A DNA stretch of 64,000 bases from an uncultured Actinomycetes bacterium (lineage in GTDB: Bacteria; SZUA-79; Acidulodesulfobacterales; Acidulodesulfobacteraceae): positions 77,079-141,078 of the forward strand of contig CAZVZU010000005.1 of the NCBI GenBank assembly GCA_964631685.1, written 5' to 3'. Numbering within the stretch: position 1 is the stretch's first letter; every line of letters starts with the position of its first letter. This document shows positions 27,485 through 37,025 of the stretch, one piece after another. The notes below the pieces were generated by a model. It did no database searches and was not told the origin of the DNA. It saw nothing but the letters and a program-made list of their open reading frames with translations. Position numbers and translations under genes: made by a program.

Positions 27485-30100
27485 ATGAAACTTGATAATT
27501 TTACCATAAAATCACAGGAAGTTATAGAGTTAACTGTTAATGCAGCACGTGAGGACGATAGTTCTGAGGTAACGGATCTACACCTTCTTTATGCCCTTTT
27601 GACTTACGACGAAAATAGTATCGCTATTTCTCTGCTAAAAAGAATAGGTGTAGATTTAAATACTTTTTTGGGCGAGGTCAAAGATGCACTTTCTCAGCTC
27701 GTAACGGTAAAGGGGGGGCTCGATCCCGATTTTTCTCCATCCTTAAAAAGGGTGCTTGATGCTGCCGAAAAAAACAGGGTGGCCATGAAGGATGATTTTG
27801 TTTCAGTGGAGCACTTTATATTGGCGCTTTTAGATGTTCGTAGCACTAAATCTTATGTAATTTTTGCAAAATATGGACTGAGCAAAGAGATTGTATTAAA
27901 GGCTCTTACAGAAATAAGAGGAAATATCAAGGTTACGGATCAAAATCCGGAAGATAAATACCAGGCATTGGAAAAATATACCGTCAATTTAACCAATCTT
28001 GCAAGATCAGGAAAAATTGATCCCGTCATAGGCAGAGATAGTGAAATTAGACGTATAATGGAGGTTTTGTCGAGAAGGACCAAAAATAATCCTGTTCTTA
28101 TCGGTGATCCGGGCGTCGGTAAAACCGCTATAGTAGAGGGATTAGCCAAGAGAATCGCAGACGGAGATATTCCGGATACATTAAAGAATAAATCTGTTTT
28201 GTCGCTTGATCTGGGCTCTCTTATTGCTGGAGCAAAATATAGGGGTGAATTCGAAGATAGGCTCAAAGCAGTAGTAAAAGAAATAAAATCGTCTGAAGGG
28301 AAAATTATAATATTCATAGACGAGCTCCATAATCTTGTTGGGGCAGGAAAGTCAGAGGGTGCGATGGATGCATCCAATTTATTAAAGCCGGCTTTAGCGA
28401 GGGGTGAGCTAAAGGCTATAGGTGCTACCACAATTGATGAGTACAGAAAATATATAGAAAAGGATGCTGCGTTAGAGAGAAGATTTCAGCCGGTATTCGT
28501 AGATGAGCCATCCGTTGAGGATACAATATCTATTTTACGGGGACTCAAAGAAAGATATGAGGCTTACCATGGTATAAGAATAAAGGATGCGGCACTGATT
28601 GCGGCAACGATGCTTTCTCACCGCTATATTACGGACAGGTTTTTACCGGATAAGGCTATAGACTTAATAGATGAGGCTTCTGCAAGATTAAGAATAGAAA
28701 TAGATTCATTACCGGCGGTTCTAGATGATGTTCGAAGGAAAATTATTAAGATCAAAATAGAACAAGAGGCGTTAAAAAAAGAAAAGGATTCGGAATCCAA
28801 AAAAAGATTAAAGGAAATAGACGAAGAGCTTGCCAATTTAGAGGAGGATTTTAATCAGAAAAAGGCACAATGGCAAAATGAAAAAAATATGATTACAAAG
28901 ATAGGAGAAACAAAAAAGGAGATAGATTCATTAAAAGTTGAAGCACAGAGGTTTGAAAGAGAAGGGAAATACGATAAGGTTGCCGAGATCAGGTATGGCA
29001 AACTTAGTGAGTTAGAAAAAACGCTAGAAGATTTGAATAAGACTATAACCGAGATGCAGGAAGAGGGTGGATTTTTAAAGGAAGAGGTCGACTCTGACGA
29101 TATAGCAAGGGTTGTTGCGAAGTGGACAGGTATACCGGTTACAAAGCTTATGGAGGGCGAGAAAAAAAAGCTTTTACTAATAGAGGATCACTTGCATAAT
29201 CGCGTAATATCGCAGCACGAGGCGATAAGTAGTATTGCTAATACAATTAGGCGCTCTAGGGCAGGTTTATCCGATCAAAACAGGCCTATGGGTTCTTTTA
29301 TGTTTTTAGGTCCTACGGGGGTTGGAAAAACAGAGCTCGCCAAGGCACTTGCCGAATTTTTATTTGACGATGAAAGTAATATAGTGAGAATAGATATGTC
29401 GGAATATATGGAGAGACATACCGTTTCAAGGTTGATAGGCGCTCCTCCGGGCTACGTTGGTTACGAAGAGGGCGGACAATTAACCGAATCGGTTAGACGC
29501 CGTCCTTATAGTGTTGTGTTGTTTGACGAGGTAGAAAAGGCGCATAAGGATGTATTTAATGTATTATTGCAGCTTCTTGATGAAGGTCGCCTGACCGATG
29601 GGCAGGGAAAGACGGTAGATTTTAAAAATACGATTGTCATTATGACATCAAATATCGGTTCAGATGCTATACAGGGTTATAGTGGGAAAAACTATGAAGA
29701 GATGAAGAATAGTGTCATAGGGCTTTTGAAAAATTATTTTAGACCTGAATTTCTCAATAGGTTAGACGATGTAATTATCTTTCACGCTTTAACGGAAGCC
29801 GATATTTTAAAAATAGTGGATATCCAAGTTGACAAACTGAAAAAAATTCTTAAGGATAAGGATATCGAGGTTGATTATACAGAATCTGTAATTAAATTTA
29901 TAGCTGCAGAGGGTTTTGATCCCGCGTATGGCGCAAGACCGTTAAAAAGGACAATAAAAACCCTTTTGCAGGATAAAATAGCTATGGATTTACTTTCAGG
30001 CGGCATTGTTGCTGGAGATTCCATTATGATTGATTATAAAGAAGAATCAGGCGGCATCGTAATAGAAAAGGTTGTGACGGTTTCAAGTGAGGATGTGTAA
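27485..30100 (+). CDS. clpB: Chaperone ClpB
   Basis: RRTKNNPVLIGDPGVGKT, GAKYRGEFE, coiled-coil M-domain (AEIRYG), GAPPGYVGY, GARPLKR; ATG 27485 after GGAG. Confidence 0.96.
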   Translation: MKLDNFTIKSQEVIELTVNAAREDDSSEVTDLHLLYALLTYDENSIAISLLKRIGVDLNTFLGEVKDALSQLVTVKGGLDPDFSPSLKRVLDAAEKNRVAMKDDFVSVEHFILALLDVRSTKSYVIFAKYGLSKEIVLKALTEIRGNIKVTDQNPEDKYQALEKYTVNLTNLARSGKIDPVIGRDSEIRRIMEVLSRRTKNNPVLIGDPGVGKTAIVEGLAKRIADGDIPDTLKNKSVLSLDLGSLIAGAKYRGEFEDRLKAVVKEIKSSEGKIIIFIDELHNLVGAGKSEGAMDASNLLKPALARGELKAIGATTIDEYRKYIEKDAALERRFQPVFVDEPSVEDTISILRGLKERYEAYHGIRIKDAALIAATMLSHRYITDRFLPDKAIDLIDEASARLRIEIDSLPAVLDDVRRKIIKIKIEQEALKKEKDSESKKRLKEIDEELANLEEDFNQKKAQWQNEKNMITKIGETKKEIDSLKVEAQRFEREGKYDKVAEIRYGKLSELEKTLEDLNKTITEMQEEGGFLKEEVDSDDIARVVAKWTGIPVTKLMEGEKKKLLLIEDHLHNRVISQHEAISSIANTIRRSRAGLSDQNRPMGSFMFLGPTGVGKTELAKALAEFLFDDESNIVRIDMSEYMERHTVSRLIGAPPGYVGYEEGGQLTESVRRRPYSVVLFDEVEKAHKDVFNVLLQLLDEGRLTDGQGKTVDFKNTIVIMTSNIGSDAIQGYSGKNYEEMKNSVIGLLKNYFRPEFLNRLDDVIIFHALTEADILKIVDIQVDKLKKILKDKDIEVDYTESVIKFIAAEGFDPAYGARPLKRTIKTLLQDKIAMDLLSGGIVAGDSIMIDYKEESGGIVIEKVVTVSSEDV

Positions 30101-30114
30101 GGAAGACAGGTTTG

Positions 30115-30172
30115 ATTTGTCAATTTGACAAATAGCAATATTGTAATTTTGACTATTATTATCACAATGACA
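30115..30172 (+). promoter_or_regulatory. Putative enhancer (UAS) sites for a sigma54 activator
   Basis: ATTTGTCA-ATT-TGACAAAT dyad (30115-30133) plus degenerate copies TGTAA-N3-TGACT (30142) and TATCA-N3-TGACA (30160). Confidence 0.6.
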
Positions 30173-30270
30173 ATATAGATTAAGAACTATGAGCTGTTTT
30201 TTAGCGTTAAATTTTTTTTAATATAGCAAATGTACACTGTTCGGCAGATTTACCAAAATAAAATATATTA

Positions 30271-30286
30271 TGGCATAGTTGTTGCT
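30271..30286 (+). promoter_or_regulatory. Sigma54 (-24/-12) promoter of degP
   Basis: TGGCATA-GTTG-TTGCT matches TGGCAC/T-N5-TTGCW with exact GG-N10-GC spacing. Confidence 0.75.
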
Positions 30287-30333
30287 TCTTTATATCACAT
30301 GAAAACAATTAAGATTTTAACTTACTGGAGGTT

Positions 30334-31827
30334 TTGAAAATTATGGGCTTTAAATCTGATTCTAAGATTATTGGCGCTGGCGTTGCCGTATTAATAGGCA
30401 TAATTGCAGGTGTTATAATCACATCAAGTTTGCATTTGTTTAAGAAATCTGTTGCTGAATCGGTTCCGCCGGTAATTTATACGACGACTAATTCACGGAT
30501 GCCGGCTCAAAATGGCCCAAATAATTTTGTTGCATTGATAAAACGGGATAAACCATTTATTGTAAACATCAGGACAACGCAGAAGATAACGGGTGGGCCG
30601 TTCCGCATGTATCAGAATCCTTTTGGTAATGAGCGAAATCCTTTTGGTAATTTTTTCAATAATTTTTTCAATAATATTCCTAGAAATACATACACTGAGG
30701 AAAGCCTCGGATCTGGCGTAATTATTAGTAAAAATGGTTATATAATTACAAATAATCATGTTATACGAGGTGCAACCAAGATATACGTAAAGCTTTATAG
30801 TGGTAAGACCTTTAGGGCGAAGGTTATCGGTAAAGATCCTCAGGTTGATCTAGCTCTTTTGAAGATTAGCGATGGCAACAATCTTCCTGCCGCAGTTTTA
30901 GGAGATTCTACCAAATCTCAAATAGGGGAATGGGTTTTAGCTATCGGAAATCCCTTTGGATTAGGATGGACAGTTACTAATGGTATTATAAGCGCAGAAG
31001 GCAGGGCTATAGGCGGACCATATGAAGATTTTATACAAACCAATGCTGCTATTAATCCGGGAAATAGTGGCGGACCGCTTATTAACATGAAGGGGCAGGT
31101 TATAGGAATAAATACTGCAATAATCAGGGGAGCGCAGGGTATAGGATTTTCGATACCTGTAAATATTATCAAACAGGTTCTTCCGCAGCTTGAAACCGGT
31201 AAAATTACGAGGGGATGGCTCGGGATAGAGATTCAAAAAGTAACACCGGCGCTTAGGAAGGCGTTTAATTTAAGGACTTCCGGAGGTGCCTTGGTAGCTT
31301 CGATTCTCCCGCACAGTCCGGCGAAGAATGCCGGATTAAAAAGTGGAGATGTCATAATAAGGTTTAATGGAAAAAAGGTCAAAGAAATGTCTCAGCTTCC
31401 ATGGTTAGTGGGTAATACGGAACCCGGAAAAATCGTGCCAATGAAGATTATAAGGAATAATAAGGAAATGACCCTTATGATTAAGGTTGGAAATTGGAAG
31501 AGTCACAATAATAAATTTAATAGTAAAGTTCAAAAGGTATCAGCTAAAGAATTAGGCGTCATTGTTGTGCCGCTAACAGGTTCAAATATGCGCAGATACA
31601 GAATACATAACGTACATCATGGCGTGATAGTTTCAAAGGTTATGCCCGGTGGAATAGGTCAAAGAGCGGGCATAATGATCGGTGACGTAATACAAGATGT
31701 AAATCATCAGCCGGTTAATAATATAAAACAATATATCAGTGATATAAAAAAGGCAAAAAAATCCAAGCAGTTCCTTTTGCTTGTCAGAAGGGGCAACATG
31801 AAGCTATATCTTGCATATTCAGAATAA
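30334..31827 (+). CDS. degP: HtrA/DegP(Do)-family periplasmic serine protease with two PDZ domains
   Basis: SLGSGVII, TNNHV, DLALL, AINPGNSGGPL, two PDZ domains; GGAGG RBS. Confidence 0.92.
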   Translation: MKIMGFKSDSKIIGAGVAVLIGIIAGVIITSSLHLFKKSVAESVPPVIYTTTNSRMPAQNGPNNFVALIKRDKPFIVNIRTTQKITGGPFRMYQNPFGNERNPFGNFFNNFFNNIPRNTYTEESLGSGVIISKNGYIITNNHVIRGATKIYVKLYSGKTFRAKVIGKDPQVDLALLKISDGNNLPAAVLGDSTKSQIGEWVLAIGNPFGLGWTVTNGIISAEGRAIGGPYEDFIQTNAAINPGNSGGPLINMKGQVIGINTAIIRGAQGIGFSIPVNIIKQVLPQLETGKITRGWLGIEIQKVTPALRKAFNLRTSGGALVASILPHSPAKNAGLKSGDVIIRFNGKKVKEMSQLPWLVGNTEPGKIVPMKIIRNNKEMTLMIKVGNWKSHNNKFNSKVQKVSAKELGVIVVPLTGSNMRRYRIHNVHHGVIVSKVMPGGIGQRAGIMIGDVIQDVNHQPVNNIKQYISDIKKAKKSKQFLLLVRRGNMKLYLAYSE

Positions 31828-31902
31828 TAAAATAAAAAGTTTTTCTCGAAACCAAGACAAACTGCAAAAGCTGTAAACTTTTCATCACTCCTCCTAAAGG
31901 TG

Positions 31903-31936
31903 GCCCGGTTCAGTAGAAAGAACCGGGCTATTTTTT
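31903..31936 (+). terminator. Rho-independent terminator after degP
   Basis: GCCCGGTTC-8 nt-GAACCGGGC followed by TATTTTTT. Confidence 0.85.
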
Positions 31937-31968
31937 AACTAATTTTTTATTATATAATATTAAGTCAT

Positions 31969-33909
31969 ATGGAAAATTTTATACTTGGAACGGCAGGCCA
32001 CATAGATCATGGAAAATCATCATTGATCAAGGCACTAACCGGGGTTGAGACAGATAGGCTTAAGGAAGAAAAAAACCGTGGCATTAGCATCGTGCTTGGT
32101 TATGCCGATATAGTGCTTCCTTCCGGAATATCCATCGGAATAATTGATGTTCCGGGACATGCAAAATTTATAAAAACTATGGTTTCAGGTTCGTCAGGGA
32201 TGAATGGAGTATTATTGGTAATTGCCGCAGACGACGGTATAATGGCGCAAACTAAGGAACATCTTCTTATTTTAAAATTATTAGGCGTCAGTTTAGTGAT
32301 ACCCATTTTGACAAAAATAGATGCTGTTGACAGTGAAATTATCTCAAAAAGAGAGATAGAGATAAAAGATTTTCTGAAATCTTACGGTTATGATAAGGCA
32401 TCTCAAAATATTATTCGTGTATCTGCTAAATCGGGCAAGGGCATTTTAGAATTAAAGAATAAAATAGAAAAGGCTATAAAAGATGAGGATGAAAAACTAA
32501 AAAGTAATTCTCTACGTACAAAGGTTTTTCTGCCGATCGACAGGATTATTTCACTAAAAGGTTTTGGAACTATTTTGGCAGGTACTTTGAGATACGGTAA
32601 TTTCTCGGCTGGACATGAAGTGCAAATAATGCCTTCCGGTTTGACTGCAAAGATAAAAAATATAGAGTCACATAATAAAACGGTAACAGTGGCAAGTAGA
32701 TCTATGCGCATATCGCTAAATATCCCTTCTATAAAAAAGGAAAGTGTAAAATACGGGAACGTAATAAGCTTAAAAAATAATCTTTTGTCTACTGATTCTA
32801 TTTTCACAAAATTTTATTATGATTTTGATAATAGAAGAGAGCTAGAAAGTCATTTCTCATTGACATTTATGACTGGTAGCGTCAGTGTAGGTTCAAAGAT
32901 AATTATTTTAAATAAAAACAAGAGAATAAAGCCGGGAGATTATGCGTATGCAGTGTTCAAACTGCAAGATCGAATATCTACGATGTCGAAGGAAAGGTTT
33001 ATAGTGAGAGATACTGGTGAGGGAAGAACTATTGGCGGCGGAATCATAGTAGACCCATATATGGATCATCGTTATAACGAATCATTGAATGATGTTTATG
33101 GCGGAATGATTTCGGATGATCCGCAAAATATTGTTTATAGTTTTATTAAATTGGCGGTTAATGCCGATTTAGAAAAAATTTATAAAAAATTAAATTATGA
33201 TCGTGCAAACTTTAAGCTATATATAAATAACCTAGCAAGAGATGGCAAGATTATAATGGACAGTAAAGAAATATTTGCAATTTTAAAAGAGGATTTTCAT
33301 TCAAACAAGTCCGTTATTCTCAAGATAATTAAAGAACGCGCTACCAATGAAAAAAATACACTAAAAAAAGGCATTGGCAAGCAAGAGCTATATAACATTT
33401 TCGAGAATAATTTTTGCAGACATTCTGAAATATTATTTGAGATTATTATAGATGATTTGCTGTTAAAAAAAGAAATTTTAAACGATAACGGTAATATAAT
33501 TATCAAGCAGGCAGGTTTGGAACCGGCCGATTTAGATATTCCGGAGGAATACATAAAAATTATTGAAAAAATAGAATCCTTCTTAAGCCTAAACGGTAAT
33601 AGCGTTCCTACGTTTGATGAAATTGTAAAAAAAATCAAGATAAACAAAAAGATGTTGAATTATGCAATTAGTATTATGGTAAAGCAGGGTAAATTAGTCA
33701 AGATTAAATACGACATTTATTATTTAAAAGGTCAAATAGATAATATAAAAAAGGGACTTGATTTATTCTTTGCATCCTCGGACAGGCTTGAGCCGATAGA
33801 TATGAAAAATATTACAGCTGTGTCAAGAAAATATGCCATACCGCTCCTGGAATATTTCGATCATGTTGGTTATACGATTAAAGTAGGTAATTATAGAATT
33901 AAAAAATAA
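31969..33909 (+). CDS. selB: Selenocysteine-specific elongation factor
   Basis: GTAGHIDHGKS, DRLKEEKNRGISI.LG, DVPGH, TIGGG, C-terminal winged helix SRKYAIPLLEYFD. Confidence 0.95.
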   Translation: MENFILGTAGHIDHGKSSLIKALTGVETDRLKEEKNRGISIVLGYADIVLPSGISIGIIDVPGHAKFIKTMVSGSSGMNGVLLVIAADDGIMAQTKEHLLILKLLGVSLVIPILTKIDAVDSEIISKREIEIKDFLKSYGYDKASQNIIRVSAKSGKGILELKNKIEKAIKDEDEKLKSNSLRTKVFLPIDRIISLKGFGTILAGTLRYGNFSAGHEVQIMPSGLTAKIKNIESHNKTVTVASRSMRISLNIPSIKKESVKYGNVISLKNNLLSTDSIFTKFYYDFDNRRELESHFSLTFMTGSVSVGSKIIILNKNKRIKPGDYAYAVFKLQDRISTMSKERFIVRDTGEGRTIGGGIIVDPYMDHRYNESLNDVYGGMISDDPQNIVYSFIKLAVNADLEKIYKKLNYDRANFKLYINNLARDGKIIMDSKEIFAILKEDFHSNKSVILKIIKERATNEKNTLKKGIGKQELYNIFENNFCRHSEILFEIIIDDLLLKKEILNDNGNIIIKQAGLEPADLDIPEEYIKIIEKIESFLSLNGNSVPTFDEIVKKIKINKKMLNYAISIMVKQGKLVKIKYDIYYLKGQIDNIKKGLDLFFASSDRLEPIDMKNITAVSRKYAIPLLEYFDHVGYTIKVGNYRIKK

Positions 33910-33989
33910 CTTTATCATTTTATTTTTTCAAATATTTTGGTATAATGCGAGGAACGATAAACAATAAGAAATGTTAAATAAGTTGGAAT

Positions 33990-35438
33990 ATGCCATATAG
34001 AGACCTTCACTCATTTGTCCGTTTTTTGGAAAAAAATAAAGACCTGCGTAGAGTCAGTATTCCTGTTGACAGTTCTCTGGAAATAGCCGAAATAGCAGAC
34101 AGAATGGTAAAAAAAGAGGGTCCGGCGCTTTTATTTGAAAACGTTAAGGGTTTTAAATTTCCGGTTTTAATAAATATGTTCGGTTCAAGTAGTCGGATCC
34201 TGAAAGCCTTTGAGGTTGAGAATCTTGACGATGTTGCAAAGAGGGTGTCGGAGATAATGGATCCAGAAATTCCGGCAAATTTTTTTGGAAAGATAAAATC
34301 ACTTTCGAAGCTCAAAAAACTTGCTGATTATATCCCTAAAATCGTTAAAACCGGGAAATGCAAGGAAGTTATTATCAACAAGCCGCCATTTTTGGATATT
34401 TTACCTGTTTTAAAAACTTGGCCGGAGGATGGCGGACCTTTTATAACCCTACCACTTGTTTTTACAAGAGATGTAGATGGGGGTGCTACTAATGTTGGCA
34501 TGTATAGGATGCAGGTTTATGACGATACGTCCTGTGGCATGCACTGGCATGTACATAAGGATGGGGCAAGGCATTTTAGGAAATACAAGGAACTTGGTAA
34601 GACGATACCCGTTTCTGTCGTTTTGGGCTCCGACCCTGCGGTCATTTATTCTGCTACGGCGCCTCTCCCTCCAGATATAGAAGAAATGATGTTTGCCGGA
34701 TTTTTAAGGAAAAGTGCTGTTGATCTTGTCAAATGCGAAACCAATGATCTATATGTTCCTGCAAATGCAGAATTTGTGCTCGAAGGTTATATTGATCCCA
34801 ATGAAGACTTTAGGCTTGAAGGTCCCTTTGGCGATCACACGGGATATTATTCACTCGAAGATTTGTATCCCGTATTTCATGTAACCCTTATAACGCATAG
34901 AAAAGATGCTATATATCCCGCTACGATAGTCGGAAAACCTCCGATGGAGGATTGCTATATCGGTAAGGCGACGGAGAGGTTTTTTTTACCCGCAATAAAA
35001 AAAATATTTCCCGAAATTATAGATATGAATTTACCCTTTGAGGGAATATTTCATGATTTAGCCTTTGTGAGCATTAAGAAGAGTTACCCCGGTCATGCAA
35101 AAAAAATTATGCACGGAATATGGGGGCTTGGGCTTATGATGTTCACAAAAATAATAGTCATATTGGATGAGGATGTCAACGTGCAAAACAAGGATGAGGT
35201 TATCTGGCGGATATGCAATAACATTGATCCAAAAAGGGACATATCCTTTGTGGATGGGCCTATTGATGTATTAGAACATGCGTCAGATATTCCAAACTAT
35301 GGCTCTAAAATGGGAATAGATGCTACTAAAAAGTGGGCATCTGAAGGTTACAAGAGAAAATGGCCAAATGACATTGTCATGTCGGACGATATTAAAAAGC
35401 TTGTTGATGACAAATGGAAAGAGTACAATTTGGATTAA
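33990..35438 (+). CDS. ubiD: UbiD-family prFMN decarboxylase (menaquinone futalosine pathway, MqnL-like)
   Basis: WPEDGGPFIT, NVGMYR, MHWH.HKDG, EGPFGDHTGYY, KMGIDAT. Confidence 0.9.
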   Translation: MPYRDLHSFVRFLEKNKDLRRVSIPVDSSLEIAEIADRMVKKEGPALLFENVKGFKFPVLINMFGSSSRILKAFEVENLDDVAKRVSEIMDPEIPANFFGKIKSLSKLKKLADYIPKIVKTGKCKEVIINKPPFLDILPVLKTWPEDGGPFITLPLVFTRDVDGGATNVGMYRMQVYDDTSCGMHWHVHKDGARHFRKYKELGKTIPVSVVLGSDPAVIYSATAPLPPDIEEMMFAGFLRKSAVDLVKCETNDLYVPANAEFVLEGYIDPNEDFRLEGPFGDHTGYYSLEDLYPVFHVTLITHRKDAIYPATIVGKPPMEDCYIGKATERFFLPAIKKIFPEIIDMNLPFEGIFHDLAFVSIKKSYPGHAKKIMHGIWGLGLMMFTKIIVILDEDVNVQNKDEVIWRICNNIDPKRDISFVDGPIDVLEHASDIPNYGSKMGIDATKKWASEGYKRKWPNDIVMSDDIKKLVDDKWKEYNLD

Positions 35439-35439
35439 A

Positions 35440-36333
35440 ATGTTTAAGAAGATAAAAAACACATTAGAATTAGTCAAATTTTCTCACACAATATTTGTTT
35501 TGCCTTTTGCCCTCAGCGCTTTTTTGCTTGCTTTTTACGATAAATACCCCTTAGCTTTCGGCACCTCTTTTTTTTACTCTAAAATGATATGGATTATAGT
35601 TGCCATGGCTGCGGGTAGAAGCGGCGCAATGGCATTTAATAGGGTAATTGACAGAAATATAGATTCAAAAAATAAAAGAACTATGGAGAGGACGATTCCG
35701 AAAGGAGAGCTTACTGTTTTATACAGCATTATTTTTGGTATCATCTCTTATTTAGTACTAGTTTTTGCCGCGTATGAGCTGAATTTTATATGTTTTGTGT
35801 TATCCCCGCTTGTAATCGCTTTCATCACGCTATACTCATACACCAAAAGATTCACTTTCTTCTCTCATCTTGCATTAGGGATAAGTATGGCTTTGGGTCC
35901 CATAGGGACATGGCTTGCAATTACGGGAAATCTTGATTACAAGATTTTAATATTGGGCCTTGCGGTGGTTCTTTGGGGAACGGGATTTGACATATTATAT
36001 GCAGTGATGGATTATGATTTTGATATTGCAAACGGACTGTTTTCTATTCCCGTAAAATTTGGAAAACGAAATTCTGTAATTATTTCGAGAATATTACATT
36101 TATCAGCCATAGCGTGTTTGCTATCTTTATATTTTGTTTTTAATCTTAATTTTTTATACATAGTCGGTATAATTTTAGTGACTGTATTTTTTATCTATGA
36201 ACACTATCTTGTTTACAAAAGTTTTGATAACATAGACATGGCATTTTTTACAATGAATGGTTACATTTCTGTTACATTTTTCTTTTTTATTTTGATAAGT
36301 GTCATTTATGCTAATTTTTATCCTGCGTTATAA
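35440..36333 (+). CDS. ubiA: UbiA-family prenyltransferase (MqnP-like); true start ATG 35440
   Basis: KFSHTIF.LPF, AMAFNR..DR.ID..N.RT..R.IP.G, YSYTKR, GFDILYA..D..FD. Confidence 0.9.
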   Translation: MFKKIKNTLELVKFSHTIFVLPFALSAFLLAFYDKYPLAFGTSFFYSKMIWIIVAMAAGRSGAMAFNRVIDRNIDSKNKRTMERTIPKGELTVLYSIIFGIISYLVLVFAAYELNFICFVLSPLVIAFITLYSYTKRFTFFSHLALGISMALGPIGTWLAITGNLDYKILILGLAVVLWGTGFDILYAVMDYDFDIANGLFSIPVKFGKRNSVIISRILHLSAIACLLSLYFVFNLNFLYIVGIILVTVFFIYEHYLVYKSFDNIDMAFFTMNGYISVTFFFFILISVIYANFYPAL

Positions 36334-36353
36334 TTTATAATTAATATATATAA

Positions 36354-37025
36354 ATGAAAGATAAGTTTGAATCTGAAATCGAAAGGCCGTCCTACATTAT
36401 TGCTATAACGGGAGCGTCGGGGGCAATATTCGGGTTTAGTTTACTTAAGGCCTTAGCTGACCGATCTCGCTTTATTTACCTTATAATTTCTAAGCCCGGT
36501 TTTAAGGTGATTAAGGATGAGTTAGGGATGTTTGCCGATATAGATACAAGCAAAGACCTAAATAGCCTTAATAGTAAAATTAAAGATGAAATTAAAGATA
36601 AATTTGGAATACATAGTGACGAATTTGCTTTTTTAGACGATATGTTTTTAGAAGCAAGGATTGCAAGCGGGTCAGCAAAAGATATCAAAGGTATGATTGT
36701 TATCCCTTGTTCCATGGGTAGTTTGTCAAGGATTGCATGCGGAAATTCCGGAAATTTAATTGAACGGGCATGCGATGTAATGCTTAAAGAAAGAAATAAA
36801 CTAATTGTATGTCCAAGAGAAACACCATTTAATGATATTCATTTGAAAAATATGCTTTCATTGGCAAGGTCAGGGGCGATTATACTTCCACCAATTCCGG
36901 CATTTTATAGCAAACCTCAGAGTGTGGGTGACATCATTGACTTTATAATTGGCAAAATTCTAGACAGCTTGAGCGTCGAAAACGATGTATATATTAGGTG
37001 GAAAGGCTATGATTGGCAAAAATAA
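36354..37025 (+). CDS. ubiX: Flavin prenyltransferase
   Basis: AITGASG, IASGS, PCSMG, LIERACDV.LKER, RETP, PAFY. Confidence 0.92.
   Translation: MKDKFESEIERPSYIIAITGASGAIFGFSLLKALADRSRFIYLIISKPGFKVIKDELGMFADIDTSKDLNSLNSKIKDEIKDKFGIHSDEFAFLDDMFLEARIASGSAKDIKGMIVIPCSMGSLSRIACGNSGNLIERACDVMLKERNKLIVCPRETPFNDIHLKNMLSLARSGAIILPPIPAFYSKPQSVGDIIDFIIGKILDSLSVENDVYIRWKGYDWQK

Noticed and set aside
27477..27485. GAGTGCTTA, a CIRCE-like right half-site before clpB
   Set aside because: The left arm (TTAGCACTC) is absent 9 nt upstream, and the sequence doubles as the RBS/start region.
30616..30675. Short direct repeats in degP (AATCCTTTTGGTAAT x2; AATTTTTTCAAT x2)
   Set aside because: They encode the Phe/Asn-rich loop region typical of HtrA proteases; not a CRISPR or mobile repeat.
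35320..35439. Upstream extensions of ubiA (and similarly cas7 51331, cas2 63341, lipoprotein 44012)
   Set aside because: They overlap the preceding genes; downstream ATGs match the family N-termini or have an RBS.
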